Shown: in pieces, positions 19,909 through 29,981 of the stretch
Numbering within the stretch: the first letter of the stretch is position 1
How the letters are laid out: every line of letters begins with the position of its first letter
Assembly (NCBI GenBank): GCA_963664395.2
Contig: OY761159.2
Span: 3,296,001-3,360,000 of the forward strand
Length of the DNA stretch: 64,000 bases
Direction: 5' to 3'
From: Candidatus Binatia bacterium
Lineage (GTDB): Bacteria > Desulfobacterota > Binatia > Bin18
Program-made: the position numbers and the translations under genes
The notes under the pieces: generated by a model
Seen by the model: only the letters and a program-made list of their open reading frames with translations
What the model was told of the DNA's origin: nothing
The model's database searches: none

Positions 19909-20858
19909 GCACGATTCTCGAGGCCCTCCGAAAAATTGAAGAAGAAAGACAAGGGCAGGCTGGCGAGGTCCGGGCTCGCTTGTTGACGCGGTCCGCTCGA
20001 CGTATCTCTCCTGCCCCTCCACACAGGTCTCTGCTGTGGACGGCTGGTGTGAGTTTTATTCTGGCAGGATTTACCGTAGGCGTATGGGTAGCCGGTCAGG
20101 AGGGAACACCTGCGGAAGAGAGTGGCACGCTTCTAACTCGTCTCTCAAAAGATGCTGAGACCGGATACCGCTTTCCGCCGCCGGCTGTGTCTGACAGTTT
20201 TGGAGATTCTGAGAAAACAGTCTCCGCAGGCACAGAGCCGCAAGCGCAAGAAGGACAGAAAAGAACAGGGAGTGTCACTGACCCCTTGACGCCTGAGCAC
20301 CCTCTGACGCCTGAGCACCCTCTTGTCCTCTCAGAGCCGCCGCCTATTCAGGATTCACCCTTCGTCTCCTCGACCCAAATCGCTCTGCGTAAGCCGCCTG
20401 TGGACGCCGCCCCCCAGGAGTTTTCTGAGCCAAGTAGCGGGAAAGCCCGCCAACAACGGGCAGAACCTCAAAAGCGCAAAGACAGAGTACCGCACGTCTC
20501 CGAGACGGTAGGCGAGATACCGGAGAGTGTACAAGGGGAGGGGGGAAGAGAGGCGCATGGCGGAGATATGGAGGGCTACAGGCAAGAAAAATCGCTTGAG
20601 CAAGGGGAACCGGCAGGTAGGGGGGAGTCGGACGAATCGGAAGATGCCTATGCCCCCGCCCCGGCCAATTCAGCCCTCAGCTTTCTTCAGTGGTCACCCG
20701 AGTCGGCAAGACGAAAAGCCTTTGTACGGGTCGGAGGGAGTCCTTTTACCCTTGTCCACGAAGGTGATTCTGTTGGCGGCTATACGGTCGTTGAAATCCA
20801 GCAAGACGCGGTCGCGCTTCGGTCTGGTGCGACTCGCTTTCGATTACGCGTTCGCTAA
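19905..20858 (+). CDS. ExeB/GspB-like membrane protein
   Basis: MSTILEALRK N-terminus, one TM helix, low-complexity linker, C-terminal VHEGD..GGYTVVEI domain; ATGA overlap with exeA. Confidence 0.72.
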   Translation: MSTILEALRKIEEERQGQAGEVRARLLTRSARRISPAPPHRSLLWTAGVSFILAGFTVGVWVAGQEGTPAEESGTLLTRLSKDAETGYRFPPPAVSDSFGDSEKTVSAGTEPQAQEGQKRTGSVTDPLTPEHPLTPEHPLVLSEPPPIQDSPFVSSTQIALRKPPVDAAPQEFSEPSSGKARQQRAEPQKRKDRVPHVSETVGEIPESVQGEGGREAHGGDMEGYRQEKSLEQGEPAGRGESDESEDAYAPAPANSALSFLQWSPESARRKAFVRVGGSPFTLVHEGDSVGGYTVVEIQQDAVALRSGATRFRLRVR

Positions 20859-20899
20859 AGCCTTGGTGCCTCTCTGGCGGGAACTTGTGTGGGGGAGCA

Positions 20900-21019
20900 T
20901 CACGAGGCCGCAGCCTTTCTTGCCTTCGCCTCTCTCTTGATCTCTTTGGTCCGGCGCTTGAGTTCTTTTTCGCGACGTTTGCGGCGTCGACGGATCTCCT
21001 GATCTCTTTCTCTATGCAT
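20900..21019 (-). CDS. 39-aa highly basic small protein (not in ORF track)
   Basis: MHRERDQEIRRRRKRREKELKRRTKEIKREAKARKAAAS*; GGAGAGG RBS 7 nt upstream of the ATG. Confidence 0.7.
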   Translation of the reverse strand: MHRERDQEIRRRRKRREKELKRRTKEIKREAKARKAAAS

Positions 21020-21252
21020 GGTATTGCCTCTCCTTGTCCTCTTTCCGTTTGCTCTTGCGTGTGTCCCCTCGATCTTGAAGCGGGACTGAGGAGTCGTAGT
21101 ATATCCGTCTCAACACAGCCTGAAAACAGGGTACAATTCGCGCGTCGGAAAAAAAGGTGAGCTACTAGATATTGTAGACTATCCATTTTTTTGCTACAGG
21201 GAGTTGTGGATAGCCTGGAACGGGTCATATCCGCACTCAAGTCAGCGAGTGG

Positions 21253-21975
21253 GTGGAGGTGGTTGTGTCACAGGGAGGAACACCGCTATTTTCGATAAAA
21301 GGACTCAAGGGCGGCCCTACTTTCTTTTTCGCTGATCATGCCCCATTTGTCGATGTGGTTGCAGCGGTTGAGGAAGAATTAGTGCGGGCGAACGGTTTCT
21401 TTCGTGACTCTCCTATCGTGTTGCACTTTGGAGGGCGTACCCTACAAAAAGAAGAATGGTGGCAACTTAAAGATAGGCTCCACCGAGAAGGGTTGCTGCT
21501 GCGCTATGCGGTTTCAAACAGTCCTGTCAGCAGGGAGCTGCTGTACAAGGAAGGATTGTCCGTCCGGGAGACTATGTCGTCCGCTCGGGCGCGGAAAAAC
21601 ACTCAAGACATTCAAGACATTGTTCCGCCCGGAGGAGCGGGGGCATTATACCTGCGCCACGGGATGCGAGGCGGACAGAAGCAAGTTTTTGATGGAGATG
21701 TGATCCTGTGCGGGGATGTGAATCAGGGGGCGGAAATTATCGCGGGCGGGGATGTGATTGTGATAGGAACGCTCCGTGGAGTTGTTCACGCTGGCTATCC
21801 CGATAACAAAAGGACTGTGGTTGTCGCGCTGAGCCTGATGCCGTTGCAACTCAGGATTGGACCCCTGATCGCTATTCCAGAAGAAGAGCAGAACCACCGT
21901 GGCGTAATCCGCCCAGAAGTCGCCCGGATTCTGGATGACCAGATTGTGATTGAACCGTATAACGGGAAGTTATAG
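21253..21975 (+). CDS. minC: Septum site-determining protein MinC
   Basis: MRGGQ...GDVNQGAEIIAGGDVIVIGTLRGVVHAG beta-helix; precedes minD. Confidence 0.9.
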   Translation: MEVVVSQGGTPLFSIKGLKGGPTFFFADHAPFVDVVAAVEEELVRANGFFRDSPIVLHFGGRTLQKEEWWQLKDRLHREGLLLRYAVSNSPVSRELLYKEGLSVRETMSSARARKNTQDIQDIVPPGGAGALYLRHGMRGGQKQVFDGDVILCGDVNQGAEIIAGGDVIVIGTLRGVVHAGYPDNKRTVVVALSLMPLQLRIGPLIAIPEEEQNHRGVIRPEVARILDDQIVIEPYNGKL

Positions 21976-21987
21976 GAGACGCGAGCC

Positions 21988-22788
21988 ATGAGCGGACGAG
22001 CAATTGTCGTCACCTCCGGCAAGGGTGGTGTCGGGAAAACGACGGCGACCGCGAATATCGGCCTTGGTCTTGCCAGCCATGAGCGAAAGGTCGTGATGAT
22101 TGATGGGGATATCGGATTGCGCAATCTTGATCTCATCCTGGGAGTCGAAAACCGGGTCGTATATAATCTCGTTGACGTTGTGAGTGGACGCTGTCAGCCG
22201 CGGCAGGCGCTGGTCAAGGACAAACGGCTGCCGAACCTCTTTCTGATTCCGGCCTCGCAGATTGACCAAAAGGACGCGGTGAATACTGACCAGATGCGGG
22301 AGTTGTCCGCTCAGCTGAAGGAAGAATTCGATTTTGTCCTGATTGACTGCCCGGCTGGTATTGAGCAGGGTTTCCGAAACGCAGTGGCGGCGGCAGATGA
22401 AGCGATTATTATCACCACTCCGGATGTCTCTCCGGTCCGTGATGCAGACCGCGTCATTGGTCTGCTACAGGGCTCCTTGGGCGATCCTCAGCTCATTATT
22501 AATCGTATGTCCATGGACCTGGTAAAGCGGGGAGACATGCTTGACCAACAAGATGTGCTGGACATCTTGGCCGTCCGCCTCTTGGGAATTGTCCCAGAAG
22601 ATGAGGCAGTACTGATTGCCGGTAATAAAGGGACCCCGGTCGTCCTGAACCTGAATGGTGGCTCGCCGTCTGGTGATGCCTACGGGCGTATCGCGCGCAG
22701 GATTCTTGGGGAAGACGTTCCGATTCCCAAGCTGAACGGCCATGGCGGTTTCGTCAAGCGGCTCGGCAAAATCTTCTTTGGGAGATAG
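21988..22788 (+). CDS. minD: Septum site-determining protein MinD
   Basis: SGKGGVGKTT, DIGLRNLD, DCPAGIEQGF, RDADR, C-terminal amphipathic GFVKRLGKIF. Confidence 0.97.
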   Translation: MSGRAIVVTSGKGGVGKTTATANIGLGLASHERKVVMIDGDIGLRNLDLILGVENRVVYNLVDVVSGRCQPRQALVKDKRLPNLFLIPASQIDQKDAVNTDQMRELSAQLKEEFDFVLIDCPAGIEQGFRNAVAAADEAIIITTPDVSPVRDADRVIGLLQGSLGDPQLIINRMSMDLVKRGDMLDQQDVLDILAVRLLGIVPEDEAVLIAGNKGTPVVLNLNGGSPSGDAYGRIARRILGEDVPIPKLNGHGGFVKRLGKIFFGR

Positions 22789-22791
22789 CTC

Positions 22792-23085
22792 ATGACGTTA
22801 ATGGAACGTGTTCAACAATTTTTACATGGGAGTGGGAGCAAGACGGACGCCAAGGTACGCTTGCTCGGCATCATAGGGGATGATCGACTTGGCTTGACTG
22901 CGGAGGAGAAAGAAGAATTGAAGAAGGAGATCCTCGCTGTCATACGCAAGCACGTTGCCCGGAAGCAGGTCGCTATTGACGCCGATGGATTCACCATGGA
23001 GTTTGTTCATTATCCGCAGAAGGAAATACAGATGACAGCACCCATGCAGCGAGGTGAGAAAGCCGCAGTCAATGGGTCCGAATAG
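22792..23085 (+). CDS. minE: Cell division topological specificity factor MinE (divergent)
   Basis: SKTDAKVRL...DR, LKKEILAVIRKHV; position after minD. Confidence 0.78.
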   Translation: MTLMERVQQFLHGSGSKTDAKVRLLGIIGDDRLGLTAEEKEELKKEILAVIRKHVARKQVAIDADGFTMEFVHYPQKEIQMTAPMQRGEKAAVNGSE

Positions 23086-23154
23086 GCATTGCTGTAGCCT
23101 GGACGAAAAAGTTGGCCGATAGGAAAAGGACGGCTCCCTCCCCAATTTTGACCG

Positions 23155-24543
23155 CTACAAAATATACCGGGACAAGTCTTGATCCTTGACAATTGCGTCC
23201 AGCTTGTCTCGGACATAATTGGCATCAATCGGCAGCTCTTGACCGCTCAATTCCGGAGCGTCAAAGGAGAGGTCTTCGACGAGTCGTTCGACCACCGTAT
23301 GGAGTCGCCGCGCTCCGATGTTCTCAGTCCGTTCATTCACTGCGGCGGCAATCTGGGCAATCTGCTCTACTGCATCAGACGTAAAATTGAGCCTGACGTC
23401 TTCTGTATCGAGTAACGCGACATACTGTGTCAGCAACGCATTTTTCGGTTCTGTCAGGATACGAACAAAGTCTTCGTGCGTCAGAGATTCCAGCTCCACG
23501 CGAATCGGGAAACGCCCCTGAAATTCCGGAATAAGGTCTGAGGGTTTGGTGGTATGAAATGCACCCGAGGCGACGAAAAGGATGTGATCGGTGCGGACCA
23601 TGCCATATTTCGTGTTGACGGTACAGCCTTCGACCAGCGGCAGAAGGTCACGTTGAACACCTTGGCGAGAGACGTCGGCACCGTACGCGTTTTCTCTGCC
23701 GGCAATTTTATCGATTTCATCAATAAAGATGATGCCAGTCTGCTCGACCCGCCGAACGGCCTCTTGGACAACCGCTTCCATATCAACCAGCTTATCGGCT
23801 TCTTCGACCGTCAGAATCTCGAGCGCTTCCGGGACCTTCACGCGGCGTTTCTTGGTTTGCTTGGGCATCATAGTGGAGAACATCTCTTTGAGCTGAGTCT
23901 CCATTTCTTCCATGCCCTGAGGAGCCATGACTTCGATAAAGGGGGTGGCGGAGCGGGTAATTTCAAGCTCAACCTCTCGCTCGTCCAGCTTCCCTTCGTG
24001 GAGCATGCGTCGCATTTTTTCCCGCGTACTTTGTATGGCGCTTGTTGGTCCCTCCTCACTCAGACTGGATGATGACGGAGTTGGAGGAAGCAGGAGGTCG
24101 AGCATATGCTCTTCTGCCTGGGCTTGGGCTCTGACTTGAATGCGCTCCTTTTGTTCCTGCTTGACGAGGCCGACGGCCAGTTCCGTGAGGTCCCGAACCA
24201 TAGATTCGACATCGCGCCCCACGTATCCGACCTCGGTAAACTTGGAGGCCTCCACTTTAATAAACGGGGCCTGGGCCAAGCGAGCCAAGCGGCGGGCGAT
24301 CTCGGTTTTCCCGACTCCGGTCGGACCGATCATCAAAATGTTTTTGGGGGCAATTTCGTCACGTAAATCTTCCGGGACTTGCTGCCGTCTCCAGCGATTC
24401 CGCAGCGCAATCGCAACGGAACGTTTGGCTTTCGCCTGGCCAATAATATACCGGTCCAGCTCAGAGACGATTTCTCGCGGGGTCATAACCTGGGGGCCGG
24501 CTGCTTCAACAAACACGGGCGCCCCGTCGACGACATCCGTCAT
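23155..24543 (-). CDS. hslU: ATP-dependent protease ATPase subunit HslU
   Basis: [37 protein letters not shown]. Confidence 0.97.
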   Translation of the reverse strand: MTDVVDGAPVFVEAAGPQVMTPREIVSELDRYIIGQAKAKRSVAIALRNRWRRQQVPEDLRDEIAPKNILMIGPTGVGKTEIARRLARLAQAPFIKVEASKFTEVGYVGRDVESMVRDLTELAVGLVKQEQKERIQVRAQAQAEEHMLDLLLPPTPSSSSLSEEGPTSAIQSTREKMRRMLHEGKLDEREVELEITRSATPFIEVMAPQGMEEMETQLKEMFSTMMPKQTKKRRVKVPEALEILTVEEADKLVDMEAVVQEAVRRVEQTGIIFIDEIDKIAGRENAYGADVSRQGVQRDLLPLVEGCTVNTKYGMVRTDHILFVASGAFHTTKPSDLIPEFQGRFPIRVELESLTHEDFVRILTEPKNALLTQYVALLDTEDVRLNFTSDAVEQIAQIAAAVNERTENIGARRLHTVVERLVEDLSFDAPELSGQELPIDANYVRDKLDAIVKDQDLSRYIL

Positions 24544-24544
24544 C

Positions 24545-25081
24545 TTACAACTCCTCCACTACAATCTGGTCGTTAGTGTACACGCAGATAGCTCCGGCGA
24601 TGCGCATGGCTTCTTCAACAATCCGTACCGCGTCCAAAGGCGTGTGGGCGACTAAGGCGCGGGCTGCTGCCAGGGCATAATTGCCGCCCGACCCGATGGC
24701 GAGAACTCCGTCGTCGGGTTCAAGCACATCTCCGCTCCCGGAGATCAGCAGGGATGACTCGTGATCGACGACAGCCAGCAGCGCTTCGAGTCGATGTAAG
24801 ACCCGGTCTGCGCGCCAGTCCCGGGCAAGCTCGACTGCCGCCCGCCGTAGGTTCCCGTTATATTCTTCCAGTTTGCCTTCGAATTTTTCACATAAGGTGA
24901 TGGCATCCGCAGTCCCGCCCGCAAAGCCGGCCAGAATGCGGTCCTTATACAAACGGCGTATTTTCCGTGCGGCGTGCTTGACGACGGTGTCTCCGAGGCT
25001 GACCTGCCCGTCTCCCGCCATGGCGACCTTGCCTTCGCGCCGGACGGTGAGAATAGTTGTCCCATGCATGCTTACGTTCAC
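24545..25081 (-). CDS. hslV: ATP-dependent protease peptidase subunit HslV
   Basis: HGTTIL N-terminal Thr, GDGQV, IGSGG, ICVYTN; start GTG 25081 (GGAGG RBS) or ATG 25069. Confidence 0.96.
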   Translation of the reverse strand: MNVSMHGTTILTVRREGKVAMAGDGQVSLGDTVVKHAARKIRRLYKDRILAGFAGGTADAITLCEKFEGKLEEYNGNLRRAAVELARDWRADRVLHRLEALLAVVDHESSLLISGSGDVLEPDDGVLAIGSGGNYALAAARALVAHTPLDAVRIVEEAMRIAGAICVYTNDQIVVEEL

Positions 25082-25201
25082 CGTGCGTCCTCCAACCACT
25101 GGATCATAGTCTCACTATCCATAGCATAGAGTATTGTATTGAGCTGAACTAGGCATAGAACTCCATAGTGCATTCAGAGGGTGAACGAGAGGAGGGCCAG
25201 C

Positions 25202-26146
25202 TCAGGCCCGCGGGTGTGCCTCGTCATACACTTGGGTCAGCCGGTCCAGATTGACATGGGTATATTTCTGTGTGCTGGAAAGGCTGGAATGTCCCAACAG
25301 TTCCTGAATCGCGCGTAAGTCCGCCCCGGCATCAAGCAAATGCGTGGCAAATGTATGGCGCAGTGCATGCGGACTGATCTTGTGGACCAGCCCGCACTGT
25401 TTGGCACGACCGGCCACAAGTCGCGCAACACTGCGGGGAGTTAAGCGCCCACCGCGTTGGTTGAGGAAAATCGGTCTGGCTTGACCTGCCGACCCGTCGA
25501 GGGACGCTGGCTGATAATTATTGCCGAGCAAGGCCGGAATCTCTGTCCGGTATTGGGAGAGGGCGTCAAGTGCCTTGCGGCCAATCGGGACAATCCGTTC
25601 CTTCTGTCCTTTCCCCTTCACCCGGAGGACTTCAAGATTGGGATCGACATCTTCCCAGTTCAGGCCGGTTAATTCACTGACCCGGAGCCCGCACGAGTAG
25701 AGCACTTCGAGTATGGCTCGGTCACGCAGCTCGGCAGGGGTATTCGGCGCGGGAGCGTCTAAAAGACGAAACATGTCGTCAACCGGGAGATAGGTAGGCA
25801 GGGGGTGGTCTTGCTTGGGCGCACTCAGGTGGAGGGTCGGGTCTTGGTCAATCACGGCTTCGCGTATTAAGAAGCGAAAAAAGCTCTTGAGCGCAGAGAG
25901 TTTTCGGCCAATCGAGCTTTTCGTATGCTGTCGATACAAGGTGGACAAAAAAGCATGAATGACGTGGGGGTTGATCTGCGTGACATCGACCTGCGCACGC
26001 TCAGCCTGCGCCGTCGGCTTTTCAACAAAAGAGAAGAATTGGTGCAGATCGCTGCAGTAGTTGCGCAGGGTATGGATAGAGACACTTTTCTCTACCTCCA
26101 AATATACGGTGTAGCGGTCAAACAACTCGCGGAGTTTTGGTGTCAT
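25202..26146 (-). CDS. xerC: Tyrosine recombinase XerC
   Basis: RDRAILEVLYSCGLRVSE, KGKGQKER, HALRHTFATH, LLGH, STQKY; xerC-hslVU synteny. Confidence 0.92.
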   Translation of the reverse strand: MTPKLRELFDRYTVYLEVEKSVSIHTLRNYCSDLHQFFSFVEKPTAQAERAQVDVTQINPHVIHAFLSTLYRQHTKSSIGRKLSALKSFFRFLIREAVIDQDPTLHLSAPKQDHPLPTYLPVDDMFRLLDAPAPNTPAELRDRAILEVLYSCGLRVSELTGLNWEDVDPNLEVLRVKGKGQKERIVPIGRKALDALSQYRTEIPALLGNNYQPASLDGSAGQARPIFLNQRGGRLTPRSVARLVAGRAKQCGLVHKISPHALRHTFATHLLDAGADLRAIQELLGHSSLSSTQKYTHVNLDRLTQVYDEAHPRA

Positions 26147-26251
26147 TGGAATTTCAATTCAGTGTGACCAATGATATCAACAAGTCCGGCTTGAAGAAAG
26201 TGAGGAGCGGGACGGCCTGCCATGCAGAGACGAACCGCCGGATAGAAGAGA

Positions 26252-26563
26252 ATGAGAGGAGCGAGGGCTGTTGTGCGAGTGTGCTATCAGTGCCAAAAAG
26301 AAATAGGCCTCGAAGAGCCCATTGGGCGACGCAACACGTGCACGGGCTGCGGGGCGGCTGTGCGCTGTTGTTTCAACTGTGCCTTTTATGACGTATCTGC
26401 CGCTGCTGCGTGCCGTGAACCAAATGCGGACCTCGTCCAGCATAAAGACGCTGCAAATTTTTGTGACTTCTTTGCGCTCAAGAATTTACAGACGAGCCCG
26501 GCGCGTCCAGCCGGAGGAGATGCGCGTACGCAATTGGACGCCTTATTCAAAAAGAAGTCCTGA
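26252..26563 (+). CDS. Cys-rich conserved hypothetical protein (putative zinc ribbon)
   Basis: CxxC, CxxC, CCxxC, C, NFCDFF; start may be GTG 26273. Confidence 0.7.
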   Translation: MRGARAVVRVCYQCQKEIGLEEPIGRRNTCTGCGAAVRCCFNCAFYDVSAAAACREPNADLVQHKDAANFCDFFALKNLQTSPARPAGGDARTQLDALFKKKS

Positions 26564-26576
26564 TGTCGTTCTTGCC

Positions 26577-26990
26577 ATGACTGTTTTTCGTTTCCCAGTG
26601 GCGCATCTTGGCGTTTTCTGGCTTCTGCTGCTGAGTACCTGCCAGCCTGATCCCAACACGGCCCAAGGGACGGCTGAACTCTTTCTTGACGCGCATTATG
26701 TACAAATTGACTTACACACCGCCAAAGCCTATTGCGCCGGCTTTGCCCGTAACCGGGTAGAGGAAGAAATTCGACTGACCGCGGGCCTGTCTATTGACGC
26801 AACAACCCGGCAGCCGCGTATGTACTATGAACTGCTTGAAGAAACATCACGCGGCGAATCGAGTGTGTCTTTCCTGTACAAGGCAGACTTTGACGTTGAC
26901 GGCGCCGGACGGTTTACAAAGAATATTTTGTTGACCCTGCGCAATCATGCCGCGGGCTGGCGGGTGGTGAACTACCGTGAGTATGACTAA
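26577..26990 (+). CDS. Putative lipoprotein
   Basis: Hydrophobic signal ending LLLSTC; C-terminal GWRVVNY typical of NTF2-like folds (inference). Confidence 0.55.
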   Translation: MTVFRFPVAHLGVFWLLLLSTCQPDPNTAQGTAELFLDAHYVQIDLHTAKAYCAGFARNRVEEEIRLTAGLSIDATTRQPRMYYELLEETSRGESSVSFLYKADFDVDGAGRFTKNILLTLRNHAAGWRVVNYREYD

Positions 26991-27101
26991 GAACTCCCAC
27001 GGTTGACAGGCGGAGACCAGGGGCAAAGGATAGTGAAGAGGTGACAAAGAAGGAGAGGCAGAACAATACAACCCAGCAAGGGTGGGAAAGGAGGAAGCCA
27101 T

Positions 27102-27341
27102 ATGCAGGACAAAACCTATGTTATCACCGAGATCGTCGGCACCTCGGAGCAGTCAATCTCAGCTGCGGTGAGCAGCGCGATTGAGCGGGCCAACAAGACG
27201 CTCAAGGCACTCGACTGGTTTGAGGTCAAGGCCCTACGCGGGACAGTTGTGGACGGCAAAGTCGGGCAGTATCAGGTCACGCTTGATGTGGGCTTTCGCT
27301 ATTTGAGCGATGAAGAAATGAAAGCCTGGGCAGAAGGGTAA
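27102..27341 (+). CDS. Dodecin (flavin-binding), copy 1
   Basis: EIVGTS, LDWFEV..RG, YQV.L.VGFR; GGAGG RBS. Confidence 0.92.
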   Translation: MQDKTYVITEIVGTSEQSISAAVSSAIERANKTLKALDWFEVKALRGTVVDGKVGQYQVTLDVGFRYLSDEEMKAWAEG

Positions 27342-27384
27342 GCCATAAACGAACACTGGGCATAGGGACGGAAGGTGAGGAGCC

Positions 27385-27594
27385 ATGTCAGACAAAACGT
27401 ATAAGTTAATCGAATTGGTTGGCGTATCGGAAAATTCGATTGAAGAAGCAATCCAGAATGCAGTAGCCCGGGCAAATCAAACCCTCAAGAATTTAGATTG
27501 GTTTGAGGTTATCGAAGCCCGCGGCATGATTCAGGATGGCACAGTCAATCAGTTCCAGGTCAAGATCAAGGTTGGTTTTCGGCTGGATATATAG
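27385..27594 (+). CDS. Dodecin (flavin-binding), copy 2
   Basis: ELVGVS, LDWFEV..RG, FQVKIKVGFRL; GAGGAG RBS. Confidence 0.93.
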   Translation: MSDKTYKLIELVGVSENSIEEAIQNAVARANQTLKNLDWFEVIEARGMIQDGTVNQFQVKIKVGFRLDI

Positions 27595-27766
27595 GGCGGG
27601 AAGGGCGCGATGTGCGCGAAAAGGACAATCTGAGCCGCCTGGGCTTTTTTTGTCAGGGGAAGCGGGAAAACTTCTTCCCCTGCCCCGTACAAGGCGCTAT
27701 ACACGAGTCGATCGAATCCGTGGGCGTAATGGTAACTGTGAGGAGTAGTATTATAGAAGGAGATGC

Positions 27767-28429
27767 ATGATGGCGTTACACATTGGTGAGGAGGCTCCCA
27801 ATTTTACGGCGGAGACAACAGAAGGAACGATCAATTTTCATGAGTGGGTCGGGGACGGCTGGGCCATCCTTTTTTCACACCCCAAGGATTTTACTCCGGT
27901 GTGTACGACCGAGCTTGGCTATATGGCCGGCCTCAAGCCGGAATTTGAAAGGCGCAACTGTAAGATCATGGGTCTGAGCATTGACCCTGTATCCGACCAC
28001 ACGGCATGGGTCAAGGATATTGAAGAGACGCAGGGGCATAGCGTGACGTATCCGTTGATTGGCGATACGGACCTCGCCGTTGCCAAGCTGTACGACATGA
28101 TCCATCCGAACGCGAGCGGGACTGCCAAGGGACGGACTGCGGTAGACAATGCAACCGTCCGCTCAGTCTTTATCGTTGGTCCGGATAAGAAGATCAAGCT
28201 CATGATTACCTATCCGATGAGCACCGGGCGGAACTTCGACGAGGTCCTCCGGGTGTTGGATTCCTGTCAATTGACAGCGCAACACAAAGTCGCCACCCCG
28301 GTGAACTGGAAACAGGGGGAGGACGTGATTATTGTTCCTGCGGTTTCGGACGACGAAGCCAAGGAAAAATTCCCCGGCGGTTGGAAAACGCTAAAGCCGT
28401 ATCTGCGGATCGTACCGCAGCCGCAATAA
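27767..28429 (+). CDS. 1-Cys peroxiredoxin (Prx6 subfamily)
   Basis: FSHPKDFTPVCTTE, YPMSTGRNFDE, ATPVNW, KPYLR. Confidence 0.95.
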   Translation: MMALHIGEEAPNFTAETTEGTINFHEWVGDGWAILFSHPKDFTPVCTTELGYMAGLKPEFERRNCKIMGLSIDPVSDHTAWVKDIEETQGHSVTYPLIGDTDLAVAKLYDMIHPNASGTAKGRTAVDNATVRSVFIVGPDKKIKLMITYPMSTGRNFDEVLRVLDSCQLTAQHKVATPVNWKQGEDVIIVPAVSDDEAKEKFPGGWKTLKPYLRIVPQPQ

Positions 28430-28451
28430 GGCTGGTCGTGCGAGAAGTGAG

Positions 28452-28487
28452 ACAGGGGGGCCGCTGAGAAGCGGCCCCCCTGTTTTT
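28452..28487 (+). terminator. Rho-independent terminator
   Basis: acaggggggccgct-gaga-agcggcccccctgt followed by a T-run. Confidence 0.88.
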
Positions 28488-28506
28488 GTACGCGACTAAT
28501 ACGTTT

Positions 28507-28698
28507 TCAAAATTCGGCCGTGTGGCAGATGCGCGTTAAAGGTGCTTCCTGGGTGACGAAGAGATTCGGCAGATAGGTCATGGGCCGGCCTTTCCAGGGG
28601 CACGCCAGATCCGGAATCGCCTCATTGTACGGACCAAAGGTTGAGAAGTGGTATTTGGCAATAATGATACTGGCGGTCGCCGGCTCAATATTGCCCTC
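28507..28698 (-). pseudogene. Internal fragment of an acetoacetate decarboxylase-family gene
   Basis: Start-less frame EPATASIIIAKYHFSTFGPYNEAI...TYLPNLFVTQEAPL; stops resembling the family before the expected GRE..G.PKK active-site segment. Confidence 0.55.
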
Positions 28699-28725
28699 CT
28701 GATGTGTTTGATGGCGGCATGGTGA

Positions 28726-29898
28726 CTACGAGTCCATGCCGTAGCACTTCAGCACGTTCTTGCCCAATATACCTGCTCGGGCCGACTCTGACATCAGATT
28801 CGTCAGCGCAATCAAATTGGGAATATATTCGGGTGGATGATCGGCATGCGGAAAATCGCTTGCCCAGAAAAACCGATCTTCTCCAACAAAGGGGATCACC
28901 CCGGCGAGTGCACGTTCATCCGGGTCGCCCGAGATCCAGCACTGTCTGCGGAAATATTCGCTGGGTTTGTCTTTCAGCCGCACACTCTTGCCGAGCGGCG
29001 AATCGTAAACTGCATCCATGCGTTCCAGCCAGTAACCGATCCAGCCCGCGCCAACTTCCAGGACGATGACTTTGAGATTCGGGAATTTGTCGAACACACC
29101 ATACTGAAAGAGTGAGACAAACCCGCCTCGAATGGCATCACCCCCAGAGATGTTTTGGTAAAACGCAGTCGAAAAACTGGTCATCCGGCCAAAGCGGGTT
29201 GAGGCCGCCCAGTGTGGTTCAAACGACGGGTGAATGCCAAACGGCAGGGCTAACTCTTGGGCCGCAGCAAACACCCGGTCATGATCGGGATGGCCATGCG
29301 CTTTTCGGCTCCAGATATACGGAGCCACAAAGAAGCCTTTCATGCCGTCCTTGGCTGCCCGGCGCAGCTCTTCTTCAGCAAGCTCGGGGATGCCAATGGG
29401 GATATGCGCAATGGGAATCAGGCGTCCGTCCGAATCCGAGCAAAAGTCCACCAGCCAACGATTATACGCCCGGGCATAGGCCATCGACAGTTCGAGGTCT
29501 TCACATTCCGGTTCCCATAACAGGCCAACAGTGGGGTAGAGAAACACCTTCTCAATATTCTCGATGTCCAAGCGTTTCAACCGCTCTTTCGGGTCCATAG
29601 AGCCAAACGAGGCATTATCAACATAGCCAGAGCCGGTCGGCTCGCGTTTATACTCAATGCCCCCAAGCCGGTCCATCACGCCCAGCCCCGAAGGTGCGCC
29701 CTTGCGGGTCATTTTGGACGGTTGGCCGTTGACCTCAAGATACTCCAGGCCGGCGTCGTCTTTACGAATACGCACGGCGCGGTCGCGGTATTTGGGTTCC
29801 AGATATTGCTCCCAGAGATCAGGCGCTTCGAGTATATGACCGTCCGCATCGATCACACCTGACATGGGGAGACTGGGTAATGCTTCAGGGCCGGGCAT
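28726..29898 (-). CDS. Amidohydrolase-2 family protein
   Basis: DADGH, LYPT, AYNRWL, IHP, LEVGAGW, WASDFPH; AGGAG RBS before ATG 29898. Confidence 0.9.
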   Translation of the reverse strand: MPGPEALPSLPMSGVIDADGHILEAPDLWEQYLEPKYRDRAVRIRKDDAGLEYLEVNGQPSKMTRKGAPSGLGVMDRLGGIEYKREPTGSGYVDNASFGSMDPKERLKRLDIENIEKVFLYPTVGLLWEPECEDLELSMAYARAYNRWLVDFCSDSDGRLIPIAHIPIGIPELAEEELRRAAKDGMKGFFVAPYIWSRKAHGHPDHDRVFAAAQELALPFGIHPSFEPHWAASTRFGRMTSFSTAFYQNISGGDAIRGGFVSLFQYGVFDKFPNLKVIVLEVGAGWIGYWLERMDAVYDSPLGKSVRLKDKPSEYFRRQCWISGDPDERALAGVIPFVGEDRFFWASDFPHADHPPEYIPNLIALTNLMSESARAGILGKNVLKCYGMDS

Positions 29899-29981
29899 AC
29901 GCATTCTCCTTCTTGAGCAGTCGACCGGAGCATACCACTGAGCCTGGGCAGTGCAAGCGAAGTCCGGGCGTACTCTCCGCC

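Noticed and set aside
18016-20858. Complete type II secretion system
   Set aside because: Only the exeA/exeB-like accessory pair is present; no secretin, GspE/F or pseudopilins in the window
25202-26146. Tyrosine recombinase as a prophage or island integrase
   Set aside because: XerC-like length and motifs in the housekeeping xerC-hslV-hslU arrangement; no att site, tRNA or phage genes nearby
28507-28728. TAG read-through (pyrrolysine) fusing the amidohydrolase to the in-frame ADC-like fragment
   Set aside because: The amidohydrolase is complete at its stop, the downstream piece lacks its catalytic segment, and in-frame position has a one-in-three chance
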